64,000 nucleotides of DNA from Somniosus microcephalus. Lineage: Eukaryota. The position numbers and the translations under genes are program-made. The stretch covers positions 94,426,001 to 94,490,000 of the forward strand of contig CM126203.1 in NCBI GenBank assembly GCA_052327205.1, written 5' to 3'. Below are positions 26,091 through 40,059 of the stretch, one piece after another. Under the pieces are notes generated by a model. It made no database searches. It saw only the letters and a program-made list of their open reading frames with translations, and was not told where the DNA came from. The stretch's first letter is position 1. Each line of letters begins with the position of its first letter.

Positions 26091-27208
26091 GTAACTTAGA
26101 AACAGTTGCTATTAACTTTTTGCTCGGCTATGTTTGCAGAATGTTTCGCTACGAATAAATTTATAGTATTTACAAAGGGTATGACACCTAATTTTCAGTC
26201 TCTATACCCAGCTGGCCTCTTATGGCATAATAAAAAGGGAAAAATGCAAATGCTGGAAATCTTAAATTAAAACGAAAACGAGAAATGCTGGAAATATACA
26301 GACCTATGTATTTGCCAGCGTTTTCTACTTTTATCTCATATGGTATAAACATATTGGCCCAGAATTTGTTGATAAAATAACAGTGAGTTTAATGCACACG
26401 GCGTTAATAGTGTGTAAAAAAAAACAGCAATTTGTGGGGAAGAGATACACCGTAAGTTGCAAATCACCACAAATGGCTGGATGATTTGCGCCGCTCCACC
26501 GTTAGCCTTGCAAAAAACGGATCTCACCATCATCCTCCCCATGAGTTTCAAGAAATTGCTGCATTTGCGCTGTTCAAAGGAATTAAGCTTGCTGCAGAAA
26601 GTTAGGGCTGGTTCTTAACAATGTAAGGATCCTTTTAATGACAAGATTTATGTTTCTGCAACGCAACTCAACCTCTCTGGCCCAGAAAGGGAACAATTGA
26701 AACTGCAGAGTCTCATTCCTGCAGGTAGTAAATTGTTTCTAGAGGTTTTCAAATTTTTTATTTAATTTTTTTTCTTGCTTTTCCTTCTAACTTTTTTCTC
26801 TCTTAATCTAATCTTTCCCTCTTTATTTCTCTTTCTGTATCTAATTTGACTCTAATTCACCTTATGTCCATCTCTGCCGTGCCTCTGTTTCTTTATCCTT
26901 CAATCTCATTGGTTAAGGAGATAGTTGAGGTTATGATAAATCACAATATGTGTACAAATCTCTCAAGGACTCGACATGTCACTATTAGCAACTTCAGAGT
27001 ACCACAAAGTCAATATCTATCCAGTGATAGGATGTTGTCATCATGTTTTGCAGGTGCATAAAAACCTGTCTTCCTCCTGGACTTGGTGCAATCCAAAGCT
27101 GTGCACAATCAGTGGGCATGTAGAATGTACCCTACCTAACAATGAGCAGGGATATTAAGCTCTATCAGTTCTCTACAACATTATGGCTGGGTTTGCACCA
27201 CAGGCATT

Positions 27209-27545
27209 CACAGAATCACAGAAACCCCACAGTGCAGATAGAGGCCATTTCAGCCCATCAAGCCTGCACCGACACATATCCCACCTGATGCCTGTAACCC
27301 CTACACCAACACATATCCCACCATATCCCCATAGCCCCACGTATTTAATCCCCCTAACACTAAGGGTCAATTTATCAGAGCCAATCAACCTAACCCGCAC
27401 ATCTTTGGACTGTGGGAGGAAACCGGAGCACACCCACGCAAACACAGGGAGAATGTGCAAACTCCACACAGTCACCCGAGGCCGGATTCGAACCCAGGTC
27501 CCTGGCGCTGTGAGGCAACAGTGCTAACCACTATGCCACCGTACT
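27209..27545 (-). mobile_element. V-SINE (HE1-like shark SINE)
   Basis: tRNA head GTGGCATAGTGGTTAGCACTGTTGCCTCACAGC...GGTTCGAATCC, V-domain GGAGTTTGCACATTCTCCC, CR1-type tail. Confidence 0.85.
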
Positions 27546-28199
27546 GCTGGTTGTTGGAGCTTAAGACAGATCTTAGCATTTAAGAACCACAAAACCTGGG
27601 CTTAGAAATTGGAGTAGGCTGACAACCTGCCGGTGCCACCACGGGCCAAAGTTAATGGCTGCCTGAAATAATAGCGCAGGCAGCACCGGTATTTTGGTGC
27701 TGCCTCCCAATTTAAATTAGCGCAGCACAAAACCTGGAGTGCAACACTGGTTTTCCAGCAGTAGTCTCAGCAGGAGGCTCCATGTAGTATGGCCATAGCA
27801 TCTCTGGAGCAAGAGCAGCATTGTCTTAAAGCTAGCCTGTCATTTTTGAAAGCAGCGTTGGTCCTCTAAAGAGGAACTGCCTTCTAAAATGATAACATTA
27901 AAATAATTTTAAAATAGGCAGTCTTTAGCTCTTATAGCTCAACTGCCTTCTGAAAAAAATAAGCACTAAAAATAATTCCGAAATGGCAGTCTTCAGCACT
28001 CCAGCATTGTGCAGGAGGTCAACACTGCAAGAGAGGTCCTCTACCCATAGGGGCCAGGAGGCCCTCCAGAAAGAACAATGTGGGACCAGATCACCGAGGC
28101 TGTCACTGTCATACAAAAAGTGTGCGTGAAGCATCCCTGCAGAGACGCTGTCAGCGCTTCTTAAAGGGACACACACATCTTTCACAATATCAGGTTTAG

Positions 28200-28632
28200 A
28201 GTAGTTATGGAAAAGGACAAAGAACAATGAAAGGTTAAGCTACTCAGCTGGAAGAGGGCTAATTTCAGTGGGCTGAAAAGAGATCTGGTCCAGGTGGATT
28301 GGAAACAAAGATTATCAGGTAAAACAGTAAATGAGCAATGGGAGGCCTTCAAGGAGGAGATCGTTTGGTACAGATTAGGCACATTCTTATGAGGGGGAAA
28401 GAAAGGGCATCCAAAGCTAGAGTTCCCTGGATGACTAAAGAAATTTGAATTGAAATGAAACAGAAAAAGGAGGCTGATGATAAATACCAGCTTCATAATA
28501 CAGTAGAGAATCAAGCAGAATACAGAAAGTGCAGAAGAGAACTGAAAAAGGTAATAAGAGGGACAAAGAGAATCTATAAGAAAAGATTAGTGGGTGACAT
28601 AAAAGGAAACACTAAAGTATTTTATAAACATA
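28200..28632 (+). mobile_element. Degenerate CR1 ORF2 middle fragment
   Basis: ANFSGL...VDW...EQWEAFK; IKGNTKVFYKH. Confidence 0.6.
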
Positions 28633-28684
28633 CTAGCTGGGGGTGCCCGGCGGTGCCGAGGCTTTTTTAAGGGCATGTTTTTGT

Positions 28685-29140
28685 TGGAAGAGAGAGAGAG
28701 CGAGTTGGGGGGAAGAGAGAGAGTGAGTTGGGGGGAAGAGAGAGAGCGACTGGGGGGAAGAGAGAGAGCGACGGGGGGAAGAGAGAGAGCGACGGGGGGA
28801 AGAGAGAGAGCGACTGGGGGGAAGAGAGAGCGACTGGGGGGACGAGAGGAGAGAGCGACTGGGGGGAAGAGAGAGAGTGACTGGGGGGAGAGAAGAGAGC
28901 GAGAGACAGGGGAGTGAGCACGACTGGGGGTGGAGAGAGAGAGCGAATGGGGGGAAGAGAGCGAGAGACTGGGGGGAAGAGAGAGAGCGACTCGGGGGGA
29001 AGAGAGAGAGCGAGAGACTGGGGGGAAGAGAGAGAGCGAGAGACTGGGGGGGAAGAGAGAGAGTGAGAGACGAGGAGGCGAGAGACGGGGGAAGAGAGAG
29101 AGCGAGAGAGCCTGGACGTAGGGAAGAGAGAGAGAGTTCC
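28685..29140 (+). repeat. Purine-rich minisatellite (~20-bp GAGAGAGCGACTGGGGGGAA) next to the assembly gap
   Basis: About 20 imperfect copies visible. Confidence 0.9.
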
Positions 29141-29160
29141 TGAGGAATGAATGAAGCAGT

Positions 29161-29660
29161 NNNNNNNNNNNNNNNNNNNNNNNNNNNNNNNNNNNNNNNN
29201 NNNNNNNNNNNNNNNNNNNNNNNNNNNNNNNNNNNNNNNNNNNNNNNNNNNNNNNNNNNNNNNNNNNNNNNNNNNNNNNNNNNNNNNNNNNNNNNNNNNN
29301 NNNNNNNNNNNNNNNNNNNNNNNNNNNNNNNNNNNNNNNNNNNNNNNNNNNNNNNNNNNNNNNNNNNNNNNNNNNNNNNNNNNNNNNNNNNNNNNNNNNN
29401 NNNNNNNNNNNNNNNNNNNNNNNNNNNNNNNNNNNNNNNNNNNNNNNNNNNNNNNNNNNNNNNNNNNNNNNNNNNNNNNNNNNNNNNNNNNNNNNNNNNN
29501 NNNNNNNNNNNNNNNNNNNNNNNNNNNNNNNNNNNNNNNNNNNNNNNNNNNNNNNNNNNNNNNNNNNNNNNNNNNNNNNNNNNNNNNNNNNNNNNNNNNN
29601 NNNNNNNNNNNNNNNNNNNNNNNNNNNNNNNNNNNNNNNNNNNNNNNNNNNNNNNNNNNN
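29161..29660. other. Assembly gap, 500 N
   Basis: Run of n. Confidence 1.
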
Positions 29661-30349
29661 GAAGTGTTTGTTGGGTAGGACTGGGGAAAGGTAATAATGG
29701 CAGGGAGCTGAAAGATGGAAGTTCTGCCTCAGTGACAAAAGGTACGGCATATTCTTGGAGCAACGTGAGAGAGCTCTTTGGAAAAGCAAGCTGGTCAGTG
29801 GCAAGGGGTGTGCATTCTTGAAAGTAGTTCTGAGTCACCTCTATCTGTGCTTATTTTTTGGCAAAATTGTGCAGGATGCAGCTGATGATGATGATTTGGA
29901 CACTGACTAAATGGATTGTAGAGCAGTACCCCTGCCTGAATGGTCCATACAATGAGATCTTTGCTTCAGTATTCCTGTGATATGCTCCACGGTAACTCTA
30001 ATGGTAGCATAAGCCTCATATTTGCCTTCTGCTGTTATGTAGGTGTTTCCAAGTGGGTTATCAACCTAATTGGAATAATGCAAAGGGTAGCTTTGGTCTC
30101 ACAACAGCCATCCATTAATTCTCACAGAACTATCAAATAATGCAATAAAAACAGAAAATGCTGGAGATACTCAGCAGGTCAAGCAGCATCTGTGAAGAGA
30201 GAAACAGCCAGCATGGACTGTTAGATATTAAGGACATGGTGGCTGCTCCCTGGATAATGGGCAGTAATGTGCAAGATCACATTTCTGTGCTTTGAAATCA
30301 CCTAAACATTTATGTGGTACTTTAAAAAAAAAAAAATTGTTGTCTGCGT

Positions 30350-30720
30350 TTGGGTTCATGTGGAACCCTACGACCACATGCGTTCCATTTTAAACGCCCT
30401 GAATTCTTGGGAAGCCTGCTCGGCAGTAATAGTTCTGTGTTCTCCCCAGTTGGTCTTCCACTGGAAAAGTGATTAAAGGTGTTTCACCTGGCAAACATAG
30501 TATCAGTCACTTGCTTGTATATTGGAATGGATTGCAGATTGGCATATCTGGCAGATGCACCAGAAGGTTACCTGAGAGGATCTTTTGCATAAATGAGTTT
30601 CACAACTATAGCAAGAGCCATCCAAATCCTTGAAGTTTTGCGTAAATAAGCCTGCAGCAGGTTATACAGCTCAGTCACTGCTTCTGTGGTGAAGCAGCGT
30701 GTTAAAGAAAGGTCTCCTGT
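30350..30720 (-). mobile_element. Highly degenerate PIF/Harbinger transposase remnant
   Basis: RCFTTEAVTELYNLLQAYL...ALAIVVK...YAKGS resembles the HARBI1-like N-terminal region. Confidence 0.45.
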
Positions 30721-33574
30721 GGCATACCCAGGTAGGTGTGACATGGTGTGTCCTTGGATATTGATTGCAGCAAACATAACCTCTGAGGTATTGCAGCAAT
30801 AATTGCCAAAACTCTAGCAAAGTGTGTCATAGTAAACTGACAGCTTCAACAAAAAGGCAAAAAATATAGAGACATAAAAGAATGCAAGATATTCAACACA
30901 CATAGAGAAATGCTGCTTAAGAAAAACTAGATTTTAACATTCAATGAATAACGGCAACCATGCCTTAAGAGGCACTCCAAAACAGACCAGGCCTATTCCC
31001 CTATAATGCACTCATTTTATATGAGTGAATTGCATACTGGGGTAATTTCACCAGCACTTGTGAAATTCAGTATAGGACCCAATTCAAATAGTTTATAGAA
31101 ATGTAAATGTGGGTCTTGCTTGCTGGTAGCACTGACTCTTTGCTCTGCCCAAAATTGCATATCGGAAAATTGCACCGGGAATTGGGTACGCAAGATCTGC
31201 TGTCCAATATAACGATCCACACCTAACATACATAAGAGCATAGGAAAATTTGTGTTTTAAGTCACTATAATGCAAAGACAGAAGTTCCCTGCCAGTCAGA
31301 CTTTTTCATATTTTACTGTGGCCAAATAAATATGGCTATATATGAATCAAAAAGGGAAAGGTTGTTGAGATAGAATCTTTATGGTTATAGGGGTTAAATG
31401 AGTAGGAGGGGGAAAAAGTCTGTTAGAAGGAACACATTTATTTCTCATAAGAATAATCATGAGATTGCTGTCATAACAACCATCTTTTTGATATAAAAGG
31501 CTGTGGGCAAGGTTTGGTTTGCACTCCATTTCAGTTCTCTGAATGACTTAATCTCCAAATAAAAATAACTATTCTCAGCATTTCTCAGCATAGAATATTT
31601 GAAGCATTTGAAAATGACAGGAAGAGGTACAAGCCAACAAAGATAATCAAAACACTGAAAGCAGCAGTGAACATTTCAAACATCTTCAATTTGTTACTGT
31701 AGTTGTATCTCTACAGTATAATTGCTCCTACTGAAGAAAACTAGCATGGCCTATTGAAGGCTGTATCTTGCAAACTCCTGAAATTTATTAGCCATACTTT
31801 TCTAAGAAAATCCACTGTGAGTGTTACTATAAATATATATATATTTTTTTTCAGTATGTGGGACAGTGGCAAGGCTGCATTTAGTTGCCTCAAGAAGGTT
31901 CTTCATGAACCACTGCAGTCCTGCTGATGGTGTTCCCACAATGGTGTTAGGTAGAAGATTCCATGATAGTGACCCAGCAACAATGAAGAATACATAAGGG
32001 GAACTTTAACCCCCCCCCAAAAAGGGTAGGTTGGGGTCAGGTGGGAGGTTAAAGTGTTTAAAAAGAAATTAATCCCAACCCCAATCCACCCACTTCCAGT
32101 TTTAGCGGAGGTGGGAATGGAACGCGGGCAGCCAATCTGCTCCCAGGAGGAGGGTTGCCCATTTCATTATTATAATGAGGCTGGCGTGCCTCAGATTTAA
32201 CCAACATTTCAAATTTAATTAATCTCAAGCCTCTGAGAACCCGCCAGCTAAAGTAAGGTGAGGACCGCTGGATCCAGGAAGTAAGTGCCTTTATACTTAC
32301 TTCCTGAATCCAGCATTCCTGCCTCACCCACAGCCCACGATCGGAGACCCATTTCCCCCCCTCACCCCCCCCCCCCCCCCCCCACCCCCTGCAACGAGGC
32401 CGCTGATCGCCTTCCTGGACTAGAATCTTTGTTAAAAGATGAGATAACAAATCATCTGGATATGAAGTATATAATAAATAATCATTTTGGATTTCTAAAC
32501 GGGAAGGTCATGTTTAACTAACTTTATTCAATTCTTTGAAGTAAAGAGTACACAAAGACAATGCAGTGGATGTGGTAGACATGGACTTTCAGAAGGAGTT
32601 CAATAATGTGCCACATAAGAAACTTATGACAAAGGTCAGGGTGTGTGGAGTTAGGGACCAGGTAGCAGAATGGATTGAAACATGGGGTAGGAGATAGGGA
32701 AGATTCTGAGACTGACAGACAGTGGGAAGTGATGTCCTGCAGGGATCCATGCTGCGAACACTTTTGTTTACATATCAATAAATGATATTGCCCAGAATTT
32801 TAATCTGGAAGTGGGCCGGGAGCAGGGGGACTAGAAAGCAGCCGGGAGAACGGGTTTCCTGCAGGCCCTGCTGAATTTAATGGCTGGAGGATAATCAGGG
32901 CCGGAGGAGTATGGGGTGGAGGGGTGGAGGGGTGGGGGTGGCGGTGGTAGTGGTAGCGGCGATACAGGATCCACGAGGTAAATGGAAAGATACTTACCTC
33001 CTGGATCCAGCAGTCCTCACCTTCCTTTAGCTGGCAGTTTTTCCAAGGCCCAGGAAACCCGACCAGCCCGAGTTATATTTGTAATGGTGGATCATCATGA
33101 GGCACGCCAGACCTTTCCCATGAGGTGGGTCCCCCATCCCTCCTCTATTAAGACCGGAAGTGGGCAGGTGGGGGTCAGGGTTCAGTTTTTTAACTCTAAC
33201 CTCCCACCCGGCCCCAACCCACCTGTTTGTTGGGGTTAAAATTCCCCCCCCCCCCATCGATTCAGGAATTGGAGATGTGGTGTCGAGATTTGCAGATGAT
33301 GCCAAATTGGTAGTGTAGCTAATAATGTGGAAGACATGTACCAAATTAAACAGGCCTGCAGAATGGGTGGATAAATGGCATATAAAATTGAATATAGTGA
33401 AGTATGAGTTGGTTTATTTTGGTAGGAGGATTAAGGAGGGCACTTATTCCTTGAAAGGTAAGGAACTAAATGGGGTAGAGGAGCAAAGAGATCTGGCAAT
33501 GCAGATATTAAATAGTTAAAAGTAGCAGCGCAAGATGATAAGGCTGTAAAGAGTGCAAACAAAGCACTGGGGTT

Positions 33575-35055
33575 CATTTAGAAACATAGAAGATAGGAGC
33601 AGGAGTAGGCCATTCAGCCCCTCGAGCCTGCTCCGCCATTCAATGCGATCATGGCTGATCATCCAAATTCAGTACCCTGTCCCTGCTTTCTCCCCATATC
33701 CCTTGATCCCCTTAGCCTTAAGAAATACATCTAACTCCTTCTTGAATATATTTAATGAATTGGCCTCTACTGCCTTCTGTGGTAGAGAATTCCTCAGGTT
33801 CAACACTCTCTGGGTGAAGGAATTCCTCCTCATCTCAGTCCTAAATGAGTTACCCCTTATCCTTAGACTGTGACCCCTAGTTCTGGACTCCACCGCCATC
33901 GGGAACAGCCCTCCTGCATCTAGTCTGTCTAGTCCTGTTAGAATTTTATAAGTTTCAATGAGATCCCCTCTCATTCTTCTAAACTCTAGCGAATATAAGT
34001 CTAATCGACCCAATCTCTCTTCATATGTCATTCCTGCCATCCCAGGTATCAGTCTGGTGAATCTTCACTGCACTCACTCCATGGTAAGAACATCCTTCCT
34101 CAGGTAAGGCGACCAAAACTGCACACAAAACTCAAGGTGTGGTCTCACCAAGGCCCTGTACAACTGCAGCAAGACATCCTTGCTCCTGTACTCGAATCCT
34201 CTCGCTATGAAGGCCAGCATACCATTTGCCTTCTTAACTGCCTGCTGCACCTGCATGCTTACCTTCAGCGACTGGTGCACAAGGACACCCAGGTCTCGTT
34301 GCACTTCCCCTTTTCCCAATCTATTGCCGTTCAGATAATAATCTGCCTTCCTGTTTTTGCCACCAAAGTGGATAACCTCGCATTTATCCACAATATACTG
34401 CATCTGCCCAATCGCCAACCTGTCCAAATCATACTGGAGTTTCTCTGCATCCTCCTCACTGCACACACGCCCACCCAGCTTTGTGTCGTCTGCAAACTTG
34501 GAGATATTACATCTAGTTCCCTCGTCTAGATCATTAATATATATTGTGAATAACTGGGATCCTAGCACCGATCCCTGCGGTACCCCACTAATCACTGCCT
34601 TCCACTCAGAAAAAGACCCGTCCTGTCTGCCAACCAGTTTTCTATCCAAGTCAGTACCTTACCCCCAATCCCATGTGCTTTAACTGTACTGCTAATCTCT
34701 TATGCGGGACCTTATCGAAAGCCTTCTGAAAGTCCAAATACACCACATCCACTGGTTCTCCCTTATCTATTCTACCAGTTACACCCTCAAAAAATTCCAG
34801 TAGATTAGTCAAGCATGATTTACCTTTTGTAAATCCATGTTGACTTTGTCTGATCCTGTCGCTGTTTTCCAAGTTCTCTGCTATTACAGGTACATCTTTT
34901 ATAATGGACTCTAGCATTTTCCGCACTACCGATGTCAGGCTTAGCGGTCTATAATTCCCCGTTTTTTCTCTACCACCTTTTTTAAATAGTGGGGCTACAT
35001 TAGCTACCCTCCAATCCATGGGAACTGTTCCAGAGTCTATAGAATTTTGGAAGAA
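33575..35055 (-). mobile_element. 5'-truncated CR1 of the CR1-A subfamily, inserted in an older + strand CR1 (32420-33575, 35056-35220)
   Basis: Highly similar to 2454-3960; ORFs 33669-34040, 34074-34649, 34651-35019. Confidence 0.9.
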
Positions 35056-35636
35056 AATTCTCAGGGAATAGAATACAAAAGCAGGGAGGTAATGTTAAAT
35101 TTATATAGAACCTTGGTTAGACCACACTTGGAGTACTGTGTGCAATTCTGGTCTCCATACTACAAAAGGATATTGAAGCACTGGAGAAAAGATTGTTACC
35201 AGAATTGAGAGGATGCAACTATCAACAACAACAACTTGTATTTCCATAGCGCCTTTAATGCAGTAAAACGTCCCAAGGCGCTTCACAGGAGCGTTAAAAA
35301 CAAAATTTGTCATGGTGCCACATTATTTTGTGGCCCCTGCAGGTGCGCACGAGGTGCGTACGCGCCCATAGGGGCCGCACAAGTTCCGGGTTTAGGCATG
35401 CAAAGCGCATGCGCTAAAACCCGGAACTTGCTATTTGCCCAACTTCTGCCCAGCGAATGCCCGTGAAATTCTTACGCATGGTATAAGCAGGCGTAAAGCC
35501 TGCTTTTAATAGCGTAAGACTTTTAAAGGACATAAAAATAAAAAAAATTCGTTTATTTAAACATTATAACACATGTAAAATAAGATACGTTTATCTTTAG
35601 ACCATTTAAAATAAATACATTTATTTTTCAAACAAT

Positions 35637-36492
35637 GGGGGGGAAAATTCGGTTGGTTTGCGCCTCCCGTTAGCACCTTAAGAGGGCGCTAATGGGGCGC
35701 AAAGCAACTAGCGCCCGGGAGCAGCGATGTTTGCGCCACTCGCGGAACTGACTAGACATTTTGTGGTGGCGCTAAACACTACCGCCATGATCTCCTGCGC
35801 TCGCAGATCGTGACATCAGTCGAGCGTGCAACGCCCCGGTAGCGCCCTGGACCGGATATTGAGTGGCGCCCCCTACCTTACCGCCTGCCGCTAGCAACGA
35901 CAGGTTGAGGGGAGTGCTTTGCAGTCGGGAAGGGACTGGGGGAGCGCTATTTAAAGGCGAAAGCTTCCTGCCTTTTTTTGTCGATAACATTTTTGCACCA
36001 CGCTTTCTGAGAGAGAGAGAGAGAGACTTCTGGAGATATTCTACGCTGTGTTGAGGAGTTTTGGGTACTGAGCAACACTTTGCAGGTTCATTTTGATTTG
36101 ACATTCCTTGCATCGATTTAGAAGAGACTATGGGGGCTGCACTCTGAGCTCTCTCCCTGGGCCTCTCCATTGTTCTTTCCAGCAGAATTGATGTACAGGC
36201 CTCTCCAGGCTGAGATTCAAGGCTGCAATGAGCAGGGTTTGGATGGAGAGCAAGATCGACCCTTCCCTTTAAGAACTGGCCGGCACCAGTATGTCTGTGT
36301 TCCATTGCTGGCTGATATCACATGAGCTTCGCCAGCGCTCTGAGGTAGCGCCTCACTCCTCGGCGTTAGCGCCTTAAGAGAGGTGTGCAGTGCCTGATTT
36401 AGCGCTCCAATCACCTCCAGGGACGATATAAGCCAAGTTTGCGCCAGGCCAATAATTGCGCCCCAAACGGGGCAATACTGAATTTCTCCCCC
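35637..36492. mobile_element. Non-autonomous DNA transposon (MITE-like) nested in another GC-rich insertion (~35320-36865) that splits an L2
   Basis: Imperfect terminal inverted repeats GGGGGGAAAATTCGG / CTGAATTTCTCCCCC; L2 3' end at 35225-35310 resumes at ~36870. Confidence 0.5.
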
Positions 36493-36869
36493 TTACATTT
36501 TTGTTTTAAATATTTAATTAAAAGCAATTTTGATTAATTTTAAAAATGTGATTTAAAAAAAATTTATGTTAAGTGTACATGCATTTTTGGGGGTATTCCC
36601 ATTCATACTTATGGAGGTCCCGTATATATGGAATCTCCATATGTATTAATGGGGATTCCCCCTTCTATCATTGGTTGGGCCAGCCCACGTAATCCCAGGG
36701 GCGCTTGCGAACCGCCTGCGCCCCTGGGATACATGGGCCTCTACGCAGGCCTACACATAGAGGCCCAGGAGCGCAAGTGCCTGAACCTCCAGGACCATCA
36801 GGTAAGTTCGTAGATTATTTGCAGGTCGGAGGCATCCGCCCGCGGGAAGCCTCCGACTGCAATTTCAGG

Positions 36870-38005
36870 CCCAAGGAAAAATTAGGACAGATTGGTCAAA
36901 GAGATCGGTTTTAAGAAGCGTCTTAAAGGAGGCAAGAGAGATAGAGAGGCGGAGAGGTTTAGGGAGGGAATTCCAGAGCTTAGGGCAAGGCTGCTGAAGG
37001 CACGGCCACCAATGGTTGAGCAATTAAAATTAGGCGTACTACAGAGGCCAGAATTGGAGGTGCGAAGATATCTCAGGGTGGTGGGGGGTGTTGTGGGGCT
37101 GGAGAAGATTACAGAGATAAGGAGGGGTGAGGACACGGAGGGATTTGAAAAAAAGGATGAGAATTTTTAAATCGTGGCGTTGCTTAACCAGGAGCCAATG
37201 TAGATCAGCGAGCACAGGGACTTGGTGCGAATTAGAACACGGGCAGCCGAGTTTTGGATGATCTCAAATTTACGTAAGGTAGAATGTGGGAGGCCAGCCA
37301 GGAGTGCGTTGGAATAGTCAAGTCTAGAGGTAACAAAGGCATGGATGAGGCTTTCAGCAACAGGTGAGCTGAGGCAAGGGCGGAGACGGGCAATGTTATG
37401 GAGGTGGAAATAGGCAGACTTAGTTATGGCACAGATACATGGTCGGAAGGTCATTTCTGGGTCAAATATGAAACCAAGGTTGCGAACAGTCTGGTTCAGC
37501 CTCAGACAAGTGCTAGGGAGAGGAATGGAGTCGGTGGCTAGGGAACGGAGTTTGTGGCGAGGACCAAAGACAATGGCTTCGGTTTTCCCAATATTTAATT
37601 GGAGGAAATTTCTGCTCATCCAGTGCTGGATGTCAGACAAGCAGTCTGACAATATAGAGATAGTGGAGGGGTCGAGAGAAGTGGGGGTGAGGTAGAGCTG
37701 GGTGTCATCAACGTACATGTGGAAACTGATGCTGTGTTTTTGGATGATATCGCCGAGGGGCAGCATGTAGATGAGAAATAGGAGGGGGCCAAGGATAGAT
37801 CCTTGGGGGACACCAGAGGTAACGATGCAGGAGCGGGAAGAGAAGCCATTGCAGGTGATTTTCTGGCTACGATTAGATAGATAAGAATGAAACCAGGCAA
37901 ATGCAGTCCCACCCAGCTGGATGATGGTGGAGAGGCATTGGAGGAGGATGGAGTGGTCAACCGTGTCAAAGGCTGCAGACAAGTCAAGAAGGACGGGGAG
38001 GAAAT
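36870..38005 (-). mobile_element. L2 LINE RT fragment
   Basis: ORF 37167-37982: SAAFDTVDH, GVPQGSILGP, YVDDTQLY, SRLDYSN. Confidence 0.9.
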
Positions 38006-40059
38006 CAGGAAAGATTGAGCAGACTGGGGCTCTTTACTCCAGAAGAGGGAGGACTAAGAGGAGACGTGCATGTAACTTGTATTATTTACATATCTCAACA
38101 ACTTGTGTGATGACACGCTAAAGTGATATACGCATATATCTCAGGATCTATTTTACAGTACCAAGTTCTTTCAAGACAGTGATGACTTGTGGTGAGTTCA
38201 GCAGTTAGACCAAATTCAAAATCAATAAATCATACTGGGAGAAATCAACTTAGTCAATTTACATTATATTTTTATTCAGGCCTTTTAGGAAAATCCTGAT
38301 GGATCCAATGCATTTAAAACCACATTGATAATTTTGAGTATACTGACAAACATAGCAACATGTGAAATAGATGTGTAGAATAATTTTAAATATGTATTGA
38401 AGAAAAAAATATAGCTGAACATTGGAAAATTTAGAGTAAATTCAGTAAATTTCACCAGATTGAATTAAATTAATGGGAACATAATATCTGATGGGGTCTA
38501 ATGAATCAAAGGTTTGCCAAATAAATGGTTGCTGCTGGCATCCCTATTCTCTCACAGAAAACATTTTCACAGTAGTACAGCTTTGCTAACCTTTGCATTA
38601 GATCGGGAAAAACACTTTTTCTGAGTTTTAATGATACAAATAAAAACTGATTTTTAAAATGATTTTCTCTGAATTTCCCCAGTTATTTTGAGGTCCAATT
38701 TTTACTCCCTAATTTTCTCCTGGTTTTTGAATCTAAAAATAAAACCTGAAAACACTCAAAAACATGTTTTTAAATTGGCAATAAAAACTGACTAATGGTC
38801 CTTATTTGTAACAAATTAAATCATTTACAAAAATAATGAAGTGTTTAACTGATGAATTTTTCTTACAAATACATGGATTTTTTTTTATAACTTTAAATTC
38901 TGATTGAATCCAGTGCTGCCGACTTGGTTGTTCCTCTCCCTTATTTAGGTAGAAGGCAAACACAGTGAGAAAATGAGCCTAGTAAGCTTCTGCAGCCCTT
39001 CTGAAAACAAAACTGAGGACAAACAAACAAACCTATTTCTTATGTGATAGTTTGATTACCTCATCACAAAAATTACTGTGGAGAATGTGTTTTTTAATAC
39101 AGCAAAGTACTATCTTACTTTGAGTATTTTCTGTAAGATTGAATATGTCAAGTGCAATACAATACAAAACCACTTTGGAATGAAGAACCACGCTATCAAG
39201 CACAGTTAGCGATGTTTGTGAAATAGGCTCCATAGCCAATGCAAACTGACGGCCACATTTGTTGCATGCCCTTTGTTGTCCATTTCCTGACTCTTGCTGG
39301 TTGACATTTCTATAAAGATTCTTTTCTTCTGCTGTTAACACTTGAAACTGAATCAGTTATTGTTTATAGATATTCATAATATCAGTATCTCACTTTTGTG
39401 TAATTAATCTTGCATTAACTTTAATAATTGAACTGTACGGGCTGATAACATGGTGTTTTCCTGCCTTTCAAAGAGCACAGGAGTGCATGGTGGGTAACCC
39501 CTGCAACCTCTGGGGCAAAATAGTTTTGTAAAAGGATTATAATGTGCTACTACTTGTTAAGTCTGTGAATTATTTAGTTAATTAAAACAGACTAATGAGT
39601 AACAATAAAAACAGGTCTTTACTGGTTGGAGGTAGGGACTATACTGAATACAAGATTACTGCACAGTGCTTATATACCGGTGTGTTCACCCCCGGTATTA
39701 CGTCTACAGCAGCCTGAGAAAGTAGTACATCTCTTAAGGTGGAACAGGCTTAAGCTCTCTTAAGGTGGAACAGGTTACATACACAACACTCCTCCCTTCT
39801 TAGCTTTATAGTCATCCCCCCCATTTAACATAACGTAATAACATATATACATATATAACTTCATGTTTAACGTAACATATCACAGATTCAGTCTCTGCGG
39901 AAAACAGTTCACAGATTCAATCTCTGTGGTGTAGTCGGTTCACGTTACTCATTCAATAGTCCTTTCATGGATTTAACAGCTTGAACTTCCGAACTGATTT
40001 GGCTCCGTTCGGAGGGACCACGTGTGTGATCTGGTAGAGGTGATAATGGTTCAGATGGG

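Noticed and set aside
27460-27545. tRNA gene (also 22350-22410)
   Set aside because: tRNA-derived SINE heads continuous with SINE bodies.
28587-29838. Long ORFs of 175-405 aa
   Set aside because: Artefacts of the N gap and the purine-rich minisatellite.
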